Shown in pieces: positions 1-13,500 of a stretch of 64,000 nucleotides of DNA. The stretch covers positions 1 through 64,000 of the forward strand of contig NIVC01000609.1 in the NCBI GenBank assembly GCA_002269645.1, written 5' to 3'. This DNA is from Macrostomum lignano (lineage: Eukaryota). Numbering within the stretch: position 1 is the first letter of the stretch; every line of letters starts with the position of its first letter. The position numbers and the translations under genes are program-made. Below the pieces are notes generated by a model. The model did no database searches. It was not told where the DNA came from and saw only the letters and a program-made list of their open reading frames with translations.

Positions 1-1026
1 GAAAGTTTAATTTCCTGCAGCAATCAAGCTAAGCAGGGCAGTGAGTAAGTTCAAGTAAACAACCTACCCGAGACTCAGTAGCAGGCTTAGAGTTTGTAGC
101 AGAAGATGAAGATAAACCGCAGCTGCGGCCGCGGCCGCTGCAGCAGAGGGCGTGCCGCGGAAGAATCAGCCCCGAGTGTCACCTCGATCGCCATGGATCT
201 AATAGCGTTTAAAGCCGTTAGCTGGAAAATAATATGATTGGCTGTTAGTTCTACAGCTTTACTACTAATAGCCAATTTAAGTAGAATATTGCGCGTGTCA
301 AACTTCTCAAAAAACATTTGAAATACAAAAATGAAACTAGAGATAGATAAAATACAGAATACAGTGACTACTTTCAAACTCAAATGCATCGTGTTTCCTG
401 GAAAACCAGTGGACAAAATTTATCAATAACAGTTGCGAGGAAGCAGGTACAAATGGTACTGCTATGCACTTGTTAAATCAGATCTCAGATGTAATTTTTC
501 TAACTTGCGGAAGTCAAGAGATGAAACCTCTGACCTACGTAACTTTTCAAGCATTTTTCTTTGCGCAGAGGAAAAAGATAAGCTTCTGTAATTTCTTTAG
601 AATTACTTGTGTAGTTCAAGCTACTTAGTAAGTAGTAAGGACATGAACTATTATTTTTTAATTGCTTGAAAGATATTGATTAGAAAAAGATGCAAAGCCA
701 GACAATTAGCCAGATATATTATCTAATTTACTATTAATATGCCGTATTCTGTTCATTTTCAGGCCTCTTTATCTCTTGAATAATCTTTCAACCTTCGGAT
801 TCTTTATCAAAAATTATGCTCAATAGAAAATTTTCTACAACAAAACCCGACTGGATGATTTTAAGAAACCAAAATCACGCAATATTGGACAACTGCAGGA
901 CGCTACCGGTACACTCGATTTTCTTAGAAATGACCTGGAGGCCGGTAAGGAACGTGTATTTTCCACATTGCTAGTGACTTTATTGAGCTTTAGAGAACGC
1001 ATAGAGATGAGTGAGGTCTCGTCATG

Positions 1027-1640
1027 GGTACTTGCTATCTGGGGGATGCTTGCTATCTGGGGGACGCTTGCTGTCTGGGGATGCTTTCTGTCTGGGGGAT
1101 GCTTGCTATCTGGTGGATGCTTGCTGACTGGTGGATACTTGCTATCTGGGGGATGCTTGCTATCTGGGGGATGCTTGCTATCTGGGGGATGCTTGCTGTC
1201 TGGGGATGCTTTCTGTCTGGGGGATGCTTGCTGTCTGGGGGATGCTTGCTGTCTGGGGATGCTTGCTGTCTGGGGGATGCTTTCTGTCTGGGGGATGCTT
1301 GCTATCTGGTGGATGCTTGCTGACTGGTGGATACTTGCTATCTGGGGATGCTTGCTGTCTGGGGGATGCTTGCTGTCTGGGGGATGCTTGCTGTCTGGGG
1401 ATGCTTACTACCTTGGGGATGCTTGCTGTCTGGGGGATGCTTACTACCTTGGGGATGCTTGCTGTCTGGGGATGCTTACTACCTTGGGGATGCTTGCTGT
1501 CTGGGGATGCTTACTACCTTGGGGATGCTTGCTGTCTGGGGGATGCTTACTATCTTGGGGATGCTACTGTCTGGGGGATGCTTGCTGCGAGCTATCTGGG
1601 GGAACTTGCTATTTGGGGGGATGCTTGCGGTCTTGGGGAT
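1027..1640. repeat. Minisatellite, about 18-20 nt, ggggatgcttgctgtctg
   Basis: Direct tandem copies, G-run rich. Confidence 0.95.
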
Positions 1641-2090
1641 GCTTTCTATTGAGGGGGAATACCTGTTATCTTTGTGAAGGCTTTATTTTGTTGCCATTTT
1701 GTTGCTTTTAGAAAAAGAGATTCATAGTAAACATCTTTGTCCGTGACAATTTTACTTGAATAAGGTGATTTATAAAACTGAAGAAGGAATTGGTTCTTCA
1801 GAAAATGTGCTTTCTAAAGGATTTGCATGAATAATTTTTTCTCCTTGCTTATTGGGCGCCCTGAAGGGGGGCACTAGTTTGCTAGTCCATATACTAAAAG
1901 CATCAACCACTTTACACAATTGCATAATTTGGAAAGGCACTTATGCACTGACTGGCTGCGCTATCTCGTCGTTCACGGTCTCTCTTAATTTATCACACTG
2001 TGCCAAGCAGCACCACGGTGAATGGTGAATTCTAAGAAATATTCATATGATTGGAGGTTTTGCACATTGAGAAGGGGCAAGGGCACACAG

Positions 2091-2603
2091 TTATAGTCGC
2101 AGCTGGCTAAAGCTCAAATTGCCGCTAAATGGCCGAGCCAACGCCGCCTGAGAATCCATGTGGGCCAGCTGACAGACGGGAGACTCATCCCCAGCTTGAG
2201 CAGTCGCTGGCTCGGCAGCAGCCGCCTCAGCCTGGCGAACGCACTCGCGAATAGTTTCCATACAGTCGGCCCGATTCAGCAGCCGCTTCCTAGTCCGATC
2301 GGAGGCCACCACAAACTGACCGTCGCGGCTGATCCTGTCCGAGTACAGCTGCACTAATCGCGGCTTCAATCGCTGGGGAATGAAGCTGGCCTGAGCCAGG
2401 TTGAATCGGATTTCAACTCGAGCCGTCGAGCCGGACGGCGAATCCGACAATGGCCGGCCGTTCACAGAGCAGCCCTCGCGAATGTGCAGCTCCTCGATCG
2501 GGATGCGCCCGGTGAAGCTGCCGGATGCGGCGGCGGCTGCGAAGCTTCGTCTAAAAAGTTGAACTCCGCATGCAGAGGCGAGCAGCATTGGCAGACGCGA
2601 CAT
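2091..2603 (-). CDS. MRPL58: ICT1/mL62 (MRPL58)-like mitoribosomal protein, RF-1 fold, GGQ motif absent
   Basis: Single-exon 170-aa ORF with an Arg/Ser-rich presequence-like N-terminus. IPIEELHI...ARVEIRFNLAQASFIP...RISRDGQFVVASDRTRKRLLNRADCMETIRECV aligns by eye to human ICT1 IPLDRLTI...KAEVRFHLATAEWI...[33 protein letters not shown]. Confidence 0.75.
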   Translation of the reverse strand: MSRLPMLLASACGVQLFRRSFAAAAASGSFTGRIPIEELHIREGCSVNGRPLSDSPSGSTARVEIRFNLAQASFIPQRLKPRLVQLYSDRISRDGQFVVASDRTRKRLLNRADCMETIRECVRQAEAAAAEPATAQAGDESPVCQLAHMDSQAALARPFSGNLSFSQLRL

Positions 2604-2811
2604 TGGCTGGCTTTAGACAGTGCAAACTGATATTTGACCACAGCTGATTTGACTTGGGCCTGGCATGAAAAGTAGATTTGCCAATTATGAATCTAAGAAA
2701 CTTTGGGGATTGGCGATTTTCCGTGTGTAAGGCGAATTTTACACATAGGGAAAACGTTCCAGGTACAGAAAGATTTTGCAGACTACAGGGGAATTCTCCA
2801 GGAAGGGGAAC

Positions 2812-3062
2812 TATCAAAGATAGGATCTAGGGGGTATTCTCCATGCAGGGGTAATATCGAGGATAGGATCTAAGAGGGCTCATTAGGCAGGCGAATTATC
2901 GAGGATAGGATCTAAGAGGGCTCATTAGACAGGCAAATTATCGAGGATAGGATCAAAGAGGGCTCATTAGGCAGGCGAATTATCGAGGATAGGATCTAAC
3001 GGGGCTTATTAGACAGGGAAATTATCAACGATAGGGTTTAAGGGGTTTCTTCGGGTAGGGGA
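2812..3062. repeat. Degenerate minisatellite, about 42 nt, gaggataggatctaagagggctcattaggcaggcgaattatc
   Basis: About 6 diverged copies. Confidence 0.85.
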
Positions 3063-3817
3063 ATTATAAAAATAAGATATCAGAATAAAATAAATCGAAG
3101 TAAAGGCCATTTGGATAAATAGCTGCACACTCGATTCAATGCAACTGATTGATTAAAGTTTTGCACGTACTATGATAATAATAACAACAAAAGATTTATA
3201 ATATAGACTTTGATAAATCTATCAATTACAATGCCACTTAGAAAACCGTTAAAAAACTCAACAGCAAAGTGCATTAATAATAAGTATAGAGATTAAAGTT
3301 AGAGACGGCCAATAAATATTGATAAATATGTATATGAAAATATATTATATAATAATACATATTTAAAACCCGAAAATGTCTATCAGTAATAATGCCCCAC
3401 GTAATCACAGCACCCTTACGTTAGATTGTGTCTTCTATAACATTAAACACATACAGATTTGATCTGATTAGTAAAGCTTCAATTTGCATCACAGGTTAGT
3501 GCAATAAAGTGCAAGACGTCACAGTACCTTAACAAACGCAGAACAGAGGTAAATTCAAATTTACAGTAGAATACAAAAAGAGAAACGCTGATTTTTTGCT
3601 TCTAAAAATCACAATTTTATATCAGAGATTGTGCCAGAATAAGTCGGTACTTTTGTTTGTGAAAATATAGTTTTTTATTAACAATAAAAAAGGAACACAA
3701 CCTAAGGGTGAGCACGCCTGCCTTTAATTGATAGATAGCTTGATTCTAACTAAATCCGGGATAAGTGACTAGATTAAAGCAAAGGACGAGTCTGTGAAAA
3801 CCGCATGCTAGCAGCGG

Positions 3818-4240
3818 CGGTCACTGACAGGCTGGGGGATAGTGGCGGCGGTCACTGACAGACTGGGGGATAGTGGCGGTGGTCACTGACAGACTGGGGG
3901 ATAGAGGCGGTGGTCACTGACAGACTGGGGGATAGTGGCGGTGGTCACTGACAGACTGGGGGATAGAGGCGGTGGTCACTGACAGACTGGGGGATAGTGG
4001 CGGCGGTCACTGACAGACTGGGGGATAGTGGCGGTGGTCACTGACAGACTGGGGGATAGTGGCGGTGGTCACTGACAGACTGGGGGATAGTGGCGGTGGT
4101 CACTGACAGGCTGGGGGATAGTGGCGGTGGTCACTGACAGGCTGGGGGATAGTGGCGGTGGTCACTGACAGGCTGGGGGATAGTGGCGGTGGTCACTGAC
4201 AGACTGGGGGATAGTGGCGGTGGTCACTGACAGACCGGGG
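3818..4240. repeat. Minisatellite, 31 nt, ggtcactgacagactgggggatagtggcggt
   Basis: About 13 copies. Confidence 0.95.
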
Positions 4241-4859
4241 AATAGACAGACAAAAGCATCTAATAGTTGCTAATGATTAGTGGACAGAAAAGTCAATCAA
4301 AATGTTAAGAAAGTCATGCAAATTAAAGCGCACAGGTTACCGCTTACTAGTAAAAGAAAAGCACTTTGCTCAGAGCAGGGCAAAAAGCTATTAAACTAAG
4401 TGCGGCTAAAATGATAGTCCAATCATGTAAGCACAAGTGGAGACAGTATACACGATTTAGGCCAAATGTTTAACCTTCTGTACATGCAGCGATTGGCTGA
4501 GCACAGTAAGTATCAAATCTATAGCAGATTGTACTCAGTACGATTGTATAATACTCGTAGAAGCTTAGCTACTAGAAAAGTTCAATTCTCAGAAACGAAT
4601 AAAACCTGCTTTACAATGTGACAATGTTAATATAAGGCATCTTTTGAAAATGTTAAGTCAAGCAGCAGTAAATACCTCTTAAATAGTACTTTAAGTAGTC
4701 CAGATTGTGTCCAATTGATATAAATTCAGTATATTATACAATTCTCAACTTCTACAAGCTGATAAAGACAGCAAAAACTGACTACTTATCATGAGTAGTA
4801 TTAGTAGTAGCAGTAGCACAATGATAAAAAACACCAATTAAAAATGCTGCCAGCTCAGC

Positions 4860-7800
4860 TCAGATCATCGTATTTTTAAAGGGCAGCTTGCTAACAGCCG
4901 CTATAGGCGGCGGCATCGCTGTTGAAATGCCGACGCCTCCGCCACGCAGACTCAGCCGAGCGTGCGCCTGCGGTGGTTGCTGCTGCTGCTTCTGTTGTTG
5001 TTGTTGATGCTCCGCGCTGGAAACCGACGATAATTCCCGTCTGAAAGCGCGGCGGAATTCGCCGCCTCCTGCGCCCCCGCCAAGTAGAGAAGCTCTGGAA
5101 GCGGGAACTGGCGGCACTGGTTTGATTGGCTTTTTCTGCTGCTGTGTGGGAGGAGGCGGCGGCGGCGAAGGAGAGCGTTGCTTGACCTGCTGTTGCTTTT
5201 GTTTTGGCTGCTGTTGCGAACTGCCGTTGTTAGTAGATGGAGCCGCTGAGAGGCTGAGAGGGAAGATCAAATTTTAAGCAAAGTTAGCATCGTGCCTCAT
5301 CGTCCCTTTTATTGCCAGCCACTTGACTGTCAACAATTTAACTGCCAGCCACTTGACTGCTAGCCACTTGACTGCTAGCCACTTGACTACTAGCCCTTTA
5401 GCTTCCGACCTGAATCTTAACCCCTATCCTAAAATTGTCTGCAGTAAAACTGAGACAGTCAAAAACCAGTCTCCCAATTAAAACGCGTTGAATATGTATT
5501 TGTAGAATAATACAACAATTTTCTGTACTGCATAGGTTTCGCGTGTTGGCTAATTGATAAAAGTTCACTCACTCAGCAGTGGAGGACACCGTGCTGCCGC
5601 CAGTACTTGATGCAGCATCAGCAGCCGATGCAGCTGACGCCGGCTGGGGCGGCCTGTCGCACTGGGCCAGACTCTCCTTAACTAATCTATTTAGCTCCAT
5701 CAATACGGCCTTGCGACAATGCGCGCCTTTTAATAAATCGTTCATGGGTTTCTCCCAGTCGCCGCCAGACCATACTAAATAGGCGCCGTGCAGGCCGGAC
5801 TCTAATACCCGATCCTCGCTAACTGGCGCTCCCCAAAGCAACAGCCAGCTGTGCAGGCAATTAGCCGACCAATACAGCAACAGGTTGGAGGCGAATTTCT
5901 GTCTGATAGCTACTAGCTTATCCCAATCCAGTCTGACGTAGCGCAGCAGTGCAACGCCTAGGGCTAAGCTGCGCCTATACCGGCGCTGCCTGACAGCCAA
6001 CTGGCTGCCCTTCAAATCGGCTTTGTCTAGCGTTAGCAATAGGCTGCAATCCACCATAGCGCAGCGGAACTGATCCGCTAGTTGGCGGAGGCCCAACGAT
6101 GGCAGCAGCTGGCTGGCTAGCCAGACACAGTCCAGGCTGGGCGCCGGCTGCGGGGCGCGACTGTCTGGCGATGTCAGACGGTCAATGGCCAGACGGAGAC
6201 GCCGACGATGCAGCGGCTCTTGAATGGCCAGCTCGCGCTGCATGTCCGAGTCGGTTAGGCGCGCCAGAATGTCGCCGGATTTCACCGTGGCCTGAAGGTA
6301 TGGTTTGAGAGTCTGTCACTGACCTGGACTATAGAGTCTGTCACTGAACTAGATTGCAAAGTCTGTCACTGACTGGACTATAGAGTCTGTCACTGACTGG
6401 ACTATAGTGTCACTGACTGGACTATAGAGTCTGTCACTGACTGGACTATATAGTCTGTCACTGACTGGACTATAGTGTCACTAACTCGACTATAGTGTCA
6501 CTGACTCGACTATAGTGTCACTGACTCGACTATAGTGTCACTGACTGGACTATATTGCGTCACTAACTGGTCTAGTGTGTCACTGACTGGACTATAGTGT
6601 CACTGACTGGACTATAGTGTCACTGACTGGACTATAGTGCGTCACTAACTGGTCTAGTGTGTCACTGACTGAACTAGATTCTGTCACGAGACAGTCTGGA
6701 CCAATGATATTTTTCAGAAAATTGATGGATTAGTCAATAATGAACAGATACTCAGGTTTAGACACTAAAAACTTGAAGGTGTTCAAAGAACATGTTCTCC
6801 TATTACGCACCTGCAGCCGTTCGGCATAAATGGCCAAGCCCACAGTCGGGCTGGCTGCCCAAGCGGCGACGTGCTCGGCTCGCCATCTGGACAGCGGCAG
6901 CGACAGCGCCTCCCTAGCCAGCTGGTCCTGCCGTCCGGCGGCGCCGCCACCGCTAGACTTCTTTGTCCTAGTGGAAGTTCGCAGCAGTTTCTGCCGGCCA
7001 AATTCAACGTCTTCGCCGGTCTGACGCTGCTGCGGCGGCTGCGACTGCGCCGGGGCAGCGGTGGTCACAGCCGTGACAACTTCGTCATCGGCGGTTACGT
7101 CGTCGTAAAATTCGTCGGCATCCCGACGCTGACGATCTGGACTGTCCTCGGACTGAGCCGAGTGGGCCGAGTTGGTGTCGCCCCGGCCGCTATCGGCGGC
7201 GCTGGCTACGCTGCCACCGAGAATGTGCAGGCACTGTTGAAGACTCCGGTCGGCGGAGTCGTATTCGACCATGCCGGAGGTCGACGCCGCATTGCTGATT
7301 GTCGCTGTCTGCGTAGCCGCATCGACGCCAACAACAGCGGCAGTTTGACGTTCGGCTAGTGCGGCGCGAACCCGCCTCTTCTGACGGTCCAATTCGTTTT
7401 TTAGCTTGACCACCTTTTGTATAGTTAAATAGGAATTGGAAATGCTGATGTTACTACTCACTATGGATTATAGAAGACAAAATAGAGTTTACTTTTTTTT
7501 TAAGTAATAATAATTGATTACACCTTCCTTAATGGGCAGATGTGCAACCGACAGATCAGCCGCAGCTATTGCGCGGCGCATCTGAAGGCTGCGTACGGCT
7601 GATCAGTCCAAGGACTGGGGGGGGGGTCGCCACACACACCCCAATAACACCAGCTAATGGTAAGATTCAAGTGCTCAAGGACTCGGATCTCAGAAATTGT
7701 TCCGAGTTGGTCGAGAATCGAACCCCCGACCTTTCAGTCGTGAGTCCGGACTCTAACCACTAGGCTAGAGCATTAGTTGGGGTAATTGAGGGTGTGTGGC

Positions 7801-9873
7801 GTCTCCTCTCCAGTGCATGGACTGAACAGCCGTACACAGCCTTCAGATGCGCCGCGCAATAGCTGCGGCTGAGCTTTCGGTTGCACATCTGTCCATTAGG
7901 GAAGATGTAATCAATTATTTCTCTAAGTAAAAAGAATTAATTTCTGGTAGCTCAGCTCCAGTCTATATTTGTTTCGCATTCGTAATCATGTAGATTGTAC
8001 ATTCGAAGCAAAGCATACTACTTGTGTACAATTCCTTTTATACTGTGTCTTATAAGCGTCAGAATTACGTACAGTGCCATTCGGCATCCTGAATCCAAAC
8101 TCATTAGAATCAATAAAATCATCAGAATATGAACTACAGAAAATACGGAATTTCAAGGCCACATTACAAACAAACGTGGGCTACAAGCCATACGCTCGTA
8201 CTACGAGTAGTATGCTTTAAAGGGCCTTAAATTTGAGTCATAACAGTTGATCAATTATGTTTATATTAAACTGATACAAAACTGATTGTGAGATTGTGTG
8301 CTGATAAATTAAAAGCGGTTAATTAGCGGTTAAATCAGCTCGGACAGCAACTATCTAATATAAACCATAAATAATTATAGTAGCAACCTCTTTATTACTC
8401 ACTGAGCCGTTAAAAAGTAAATTTTAAACGCAATCTAAAGCGTAAATAGCGAATTCAAAAAGAAACTGAATGATATTAGATTGTAAGTCACACAATTAAA
8501 TTTAATTTTATAATTGGTAATTATGTTTGACAAAACGTGACAAACTCGCTTATTAAAGTGACATTATTTTGTATATCTGCAACAAATTAACGGTTAAAAC
8601 TAAAATTACCTCTTCTTCAGACTGAAAAATGAATTGAGAAGTCACTACTAATTATCAAGACCAATTTAAATTGAATTAAAAAAAGAAAATAACTAACTAA
8701 CTCAGCTGAAATGGACGCTTCTGTTTACCCAGGAAATGACACTATTTACCCAGGAAATGACACTATTTACCCAGGAAATGACACTATTTACCCAGGAAAT
8801 GACACTGTTTACCCAGGAAATGACACTGTTTACCCAGGAAATGACACTGTTTACCCAGGAAATGACACTGTTCACCCAGGAAATGACACTATTTACCCAG
8901 GAAATGACACTGTTTACCCAGGAAATGACACTATTTACCCAGGAAATGACACTGTTTACCCTGAAAATGACACTGTTTACCCAGGAAATGACACTGTTTA
9001 CCCTGAAAATGACACTATTTACCCAGGAAATGACACTATTTACCCAGGAAATGACACTATTTACCCAGGAAATGACACTATTTACCCAGGAAATGACACT
9101 ATTTACCCAGGAAATGACACTATTTACCCAGGAAATGACACTATTTACCCTGAAAATGACACTATTTACCCAGGAAATGAGACTATTTACCCAGGAAATG
9201 ACACTATTTACCCAGGAAATGACACTATTTACCCAGGAAATGACACTATTTACCCAGGAAATGACACTATTTACCCAGGAAATGAGACTATTTACCCAGG
9301 AAATGACACTATTTACCCAGGAAATGACACTATTTACCCAGGAAATGACACTGTTTACCCTAAAAATGACACTATTTGCCCTAGAAATGACACTTTTAGC
9401 CCTGGTAATGACACTATTTATGACCACCTAGATATCACCCTATTTGACCAATCGGAAATGGCACGGGAAATGGAATGATACTATTGCCAATTTCACTGAC
9501 ACTGATGAGTACCTGCAAACACCTTACAAATAGCTCATAATTAGCTTACCTCTCTCAAGCAGGCGGCCGACTTTTCATTAGACTCCCTACAGAAGGCCAG
9601 CATATCGAGTTTCTCTTGTTCGCCCTGCTCCAACTGTTCAAGCAACTGTTTCACTTGGCGCAGCAGGTCGACTCGCTCCCGCTTCAAGTCCTCAATCTCC
9701 TTACAGGTCCGCTGCGCAGCACTGTCGGGGCCGTCAGAGACGGACAATTCAACGCTGGAATCGTCGCTATCCGATGAATCTTCGCCGCTACTGCTGGCTG
9801 AGGCGCTGCCATCTTCGTCTGTTAGCTTCTGATTGTTATTATTATTTGCAGACGACTTATTGTTGGTTGTCAT
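4860..9873 (-). CDS. KAZN: Kazrin-like protein (N-terminal coiled coil plus three SAM domains; liprin superfamily), about 679 aa
   Basis: GT-AG exons with consistent phases: 9873-9550, 7413-6811, 6291-5573, 5253-4860. Motifs LKRERVDLLRQVKQL (coiled coil), LPLSRWRAEHVAAW...VKSGDILARLTDSDMQRELAIQEPLHRRRLRLAI (SAM1), LDCVWLASQLLPSLGL (SAM2) and ESGLHGAYLV (SAM3) match kazrin/liprin-beta. Confidence 0.8.
6310..6680. repeat. Minisatellite, 20-24 nt, gtcactgactggactatagt (kazrin intron 2)
   Basis: Tandem copies. Confidence 0.92.
7508..7767 (-). mobile_element. tRNA-derived SINE copy, core partly deleted
   Basis: Reverse complement has an A-box (tagcctagtggttagag) and a B-box (ggttcgattctcgacc). 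Body is shared with the 11380-11670 copy. Confidence 0.8.
7771..7919 (+). mobile_element. 3' half of the same SINE family, head-to-head with the 7508-7767 copy
   Basis: tcggttgcacatctgtccattagggaagatgtaatcaattatt is the near reverse complement of aataattgattacaccttccttaatgggcagatgtgcaaccga at 7508-7550. Confidence 0.8.
8725..9420. repeat. Minisatellite, 21 nt, acactatttacccaggaaatg (kazrin intron 1)
   Basis: About 33 copies; explains the repetitive ORFs. Confidence 0.95.
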
Positions 9874-10540
9874 GGCAACTCTTCAATTAGGCTTCTTATA
9901 TGTCTAGTGCAGAGAAAGATCCTTCTTTAGCAGTCGATAGGACAGGCAGAAACAATAGCCAATTGGCCAACTATGGAGCTGGCTGAATTCGCCATGAATT
10001 TGAATTATAGAACAATAATTAATTTGCACTACTGATGTCAGTAATACTAACAGCAAAAGACAATTTTTATTTCAAGAAACAATTAACTACAACTTGATTA
10101 AATGCCTAATTCAGAATTTACTTTGCTATTTAAATTACTAATATATACGACTTCAATACTAGCTTCAATGACACTAAGGCAACTGGGCTAATAAACAAAG
10201 CCAACGCACTCACTCACACTTGTCTTAAAGTCTGCCAATAAATATAAAAAACAGCAGGCATGCAGATTAGCCCATTTACTAATTAGTTAAGTCTGCAATA
10301 CAACCGAACAAGCAAAGTGAAATCAATCACAAATAATCAGTAGTTGAAGCAATAGTATTTGAGCAATAAATAACAAAGCTGAGACCGACGTTAAGGTAGG
10401 GAAAATAATTCACAAGTTTGCATTGCCATCGATATTTAAATGCGCACGGCTTAGTTGACAAGCAAATTTTACAGCAAATAAATGTTCATTTCTACTATTG
10501 CTCTACTTAGTAAGTAGCAACACAAGCACATTGAAGACAT

Positions 10541-13500
10541 TCACTCGGAAAAGTCGGCTTGATCAACAAATTCTAACAAAGATTTCTCCTCGGCGCGAAC
10601 AAATCGATATAGCAATTCAGCCAAATTATCGTGACACCTGTCCATCTGGGCGGCCATTCTAGCATCGAATCCGACAGCTGTAGGCTTCTTCTCATCGGCA
10701 TTAACTGGCGGGAACAGGTTCAGCTCGATACCTGCGCTATTATGCAACAATGCCAGTTCCTCAATGGTCTCGGGTAGGATGACGTAATCAGCAAATTGTG
10801 GGCAATATTTGAAGCTGGAGCGCCCTCTGATTAGATTCAATAGCGCGTCTAGCTGGTGCTGGCGCTGCTGCTGTCCCTCGGTTTCTTCGTCTGGCCAGTC
10901 CCGCTGCAGCAGCACCAGACAGTGGCCGATGAGGCAGTCTGGCGCATCGCTAGAGCTGTCAGCCCGGCTGGCTAAGCCAACTAGAAGATCCGCCAAGGTG
11001 GCCACCAGCAGGCGCAGCGCCAGGCCGCAGGTTAGCGGCGCGAGGCACGGCGCCGCGGCCGGAGGTTGAGCGTCGGCTAGCGAGATGGCGGGCGCCGGTG
11101 ACGAGAGAGATATCAGGCTGCCATCGGACGGCGACAGGGCTTGGCAGCAGGCCAGGAGCGGGCGGACTGAGGCGGCCTGTGCGATAGATAAAAGTACACA
11201 GTTTTAAAGTGCAAAACTGAGTAAAACTGATGATAGATAGATAGACGCTGCATAAATATGTAATTGTGTCTAACAGGGACTAATAGAAGATCATTAGACA
11301 GGTGTAACTATGGATCAAACAGGATTCTGGTGAGACTAAATATCTAACAGGATCAGATTGAGGATTAGCAGAGGTCACTAACTTTTTACCTGCCCAAATG
11401 GGCAGATGTGCAACCGACAGCTCAGCCGCAGCTATTGCGCAGCGCACCTGAGGCTGCGTACGGCTGTTCAGTCCAAGGACGGGTTGAGGGTCGCCACACA
11501 CCCTCAATTACCCCAGCTAATGCTGGCACCCATTTTACAGCTCATGGGTGAACTGAAGCAATGCAGAGTTAAGTGTCTTGCTCAAGGACACAATTTGTTC
11601 CAGTGGGGTCGAGAATCGAACCCCCGACCTTTTAGTCGTGAGCTCGATGCTCTAACCACTAGGCTACAAACCATCTACGCCGCTAAATATCTAACAGGAA
11701 CATGTGTGGGATCATCAGAGATGGTGTTAACAAACCATAGCTCCCTGCAGCTGAAGGCACTGAGCCTCATAATAGAGCCTGTGCTCAGTAGGCCAAGCCT
11801 CCGGCCCTGACGCAAGCAGGCGCAGCTCCTTCAAGCAGGCAGCCGGCTGTCCAATGTACAGCAGGTGCTCAGACACGATGCTATCTAACCAAGCCAGCCT
11901 GACAGCGCCCCGACGCTGCAGTCGATCCTTGATCGAATCAATTCTTCGCTGCAATTCCGGCCAATCCCGTATTAGCCAAACAATATTGCTGGCCGATAAA
12001 AAAGCTTTAGAGGCTTCGCGGCGAGCAATTGAAACTGTTGGCATTTGCAGTTTGTCGGCTACTGGGCGAAGGCAGTGCAACAGTAGGATGGCGTGACTGG
12101 ACGAAGCGCTCTCCAAGTTGGACGCGTCGATGCCCTGGTGAGCAGTTGCCGACGTGACTGACTGTGGCGACGTTGGAGGCGTTGGCGATGTTGAACCCGA
12201 CTGCTGCCGGGCCAGACGGTAAAATCGATTGGCGGCTTCCGCTAGAAGAAGCAGACTAACTGCGGCCAGAGACTTGATCTAGTGGAGGAAAATATTTGGA
12301 AATCGCATCTAATCATGTCTTTGTCCAGACGCAAAATGGCATCTCTTTTATGCATAATAAACCCAATCTAAACGACATCTAGCGATAACAAATGGCACCT
12401 AGCGATTACAAATGGCACGTCCTAGCGATAGCAAATGGCACCTAGCGATTACAAATGGCACTTAGCGATTACAAATGGCACCTAGCGATAGCAAATGGCA
12501 CCTAGCGATAACAAATGGTACCTGGTAGGAAAAAATGGTGCCAACCGATAACAAATGGCACCTAGCGATAACAAATGGCACCTGGTAAAAACAAATGGCA
12601 CCTAGCGATAACAAATGGCACCTAGCGATAACAAATGACACCTAGCGATAACAAATGGCATCTAGCGATTACAAATGGCACCTAGCGATTACAAATGACA
12701 CCTAGCGATAACAAATGCCATCTAGCGATAAAAAATGACATCTAGCGATAACAAATCTTCTACCAATACTAAACTCTTCTTAATACTATGACTACATTAA
12801 TGTCCGTCAGTTCTCGAGTAAATAAATAAATGTAAAGTTTAAGCACCTGATTAGAATCCAATTCTGAACTAGCTGCAGCCGATAGTACAGAATCCGGCTG
12901 CCCTCTGGCCAGCTGATGCAACTGCAGGCCCAGCTGGTGGCACAGCCTATCAGCCAGTTGGCGGCCAGCTACCGGCCAAGAATTGCCAGATAGTTGCCAG
13001 CTGTCCAGCAGTGCTTGCTGCTGCTGCTGTGCAGAGCCCACAGCAACGTAAAATTCCATAGACATTGTTAACAACTTTCGAAGTAATTTTGAACTTAATT
13101 GCACGCTGCCACTACTTGCATTGGCGCCGTCTAGTAGTACGGGAAGCACATCCACAACTAGGCATTTTCGATGCTTGTTGAGCACTGTGTCTTCGCAAGA
13201 GTCCTACAAAAGTAGAGCGATGGGGATAGGTTATAGATCGCAGGCATTAAAAAACTGGTCGAGTTTTGAGTTACATCAAAATGCCAACTACGTCAACTGA
13301 ATCAACTAAACCGGCACTGGAATGGCATCTCCCCAGACCGAAATGGCACCTCTTTACACTGAAATTGCATCTCTCCACACTGAAATGGCATCTCTCCACA
13401 CTGAAGTGGAATCTTTCCAAACTGAAATGCCATCTCTAAACAGACATGGCACCTCTCCACACTGAAATGGCATCTCTAAACAGACATGGCATCTCTCCAC

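Noticed and set aside
1-416. ORF 87-416 (-), or a possible + strand terminal exon at about 91-215 after a short gtgagt...ttag intron
   Set aside because: No recognisable domain. It may be the end of a gene outside the window but cannot be supported here.
7700-11670. tRNA genes at about 7700-7767 and 11600-11670
   Set aside because: A/B boxes are present but there is no intact cloverleaf or acceptor stem. They are SINE heads.
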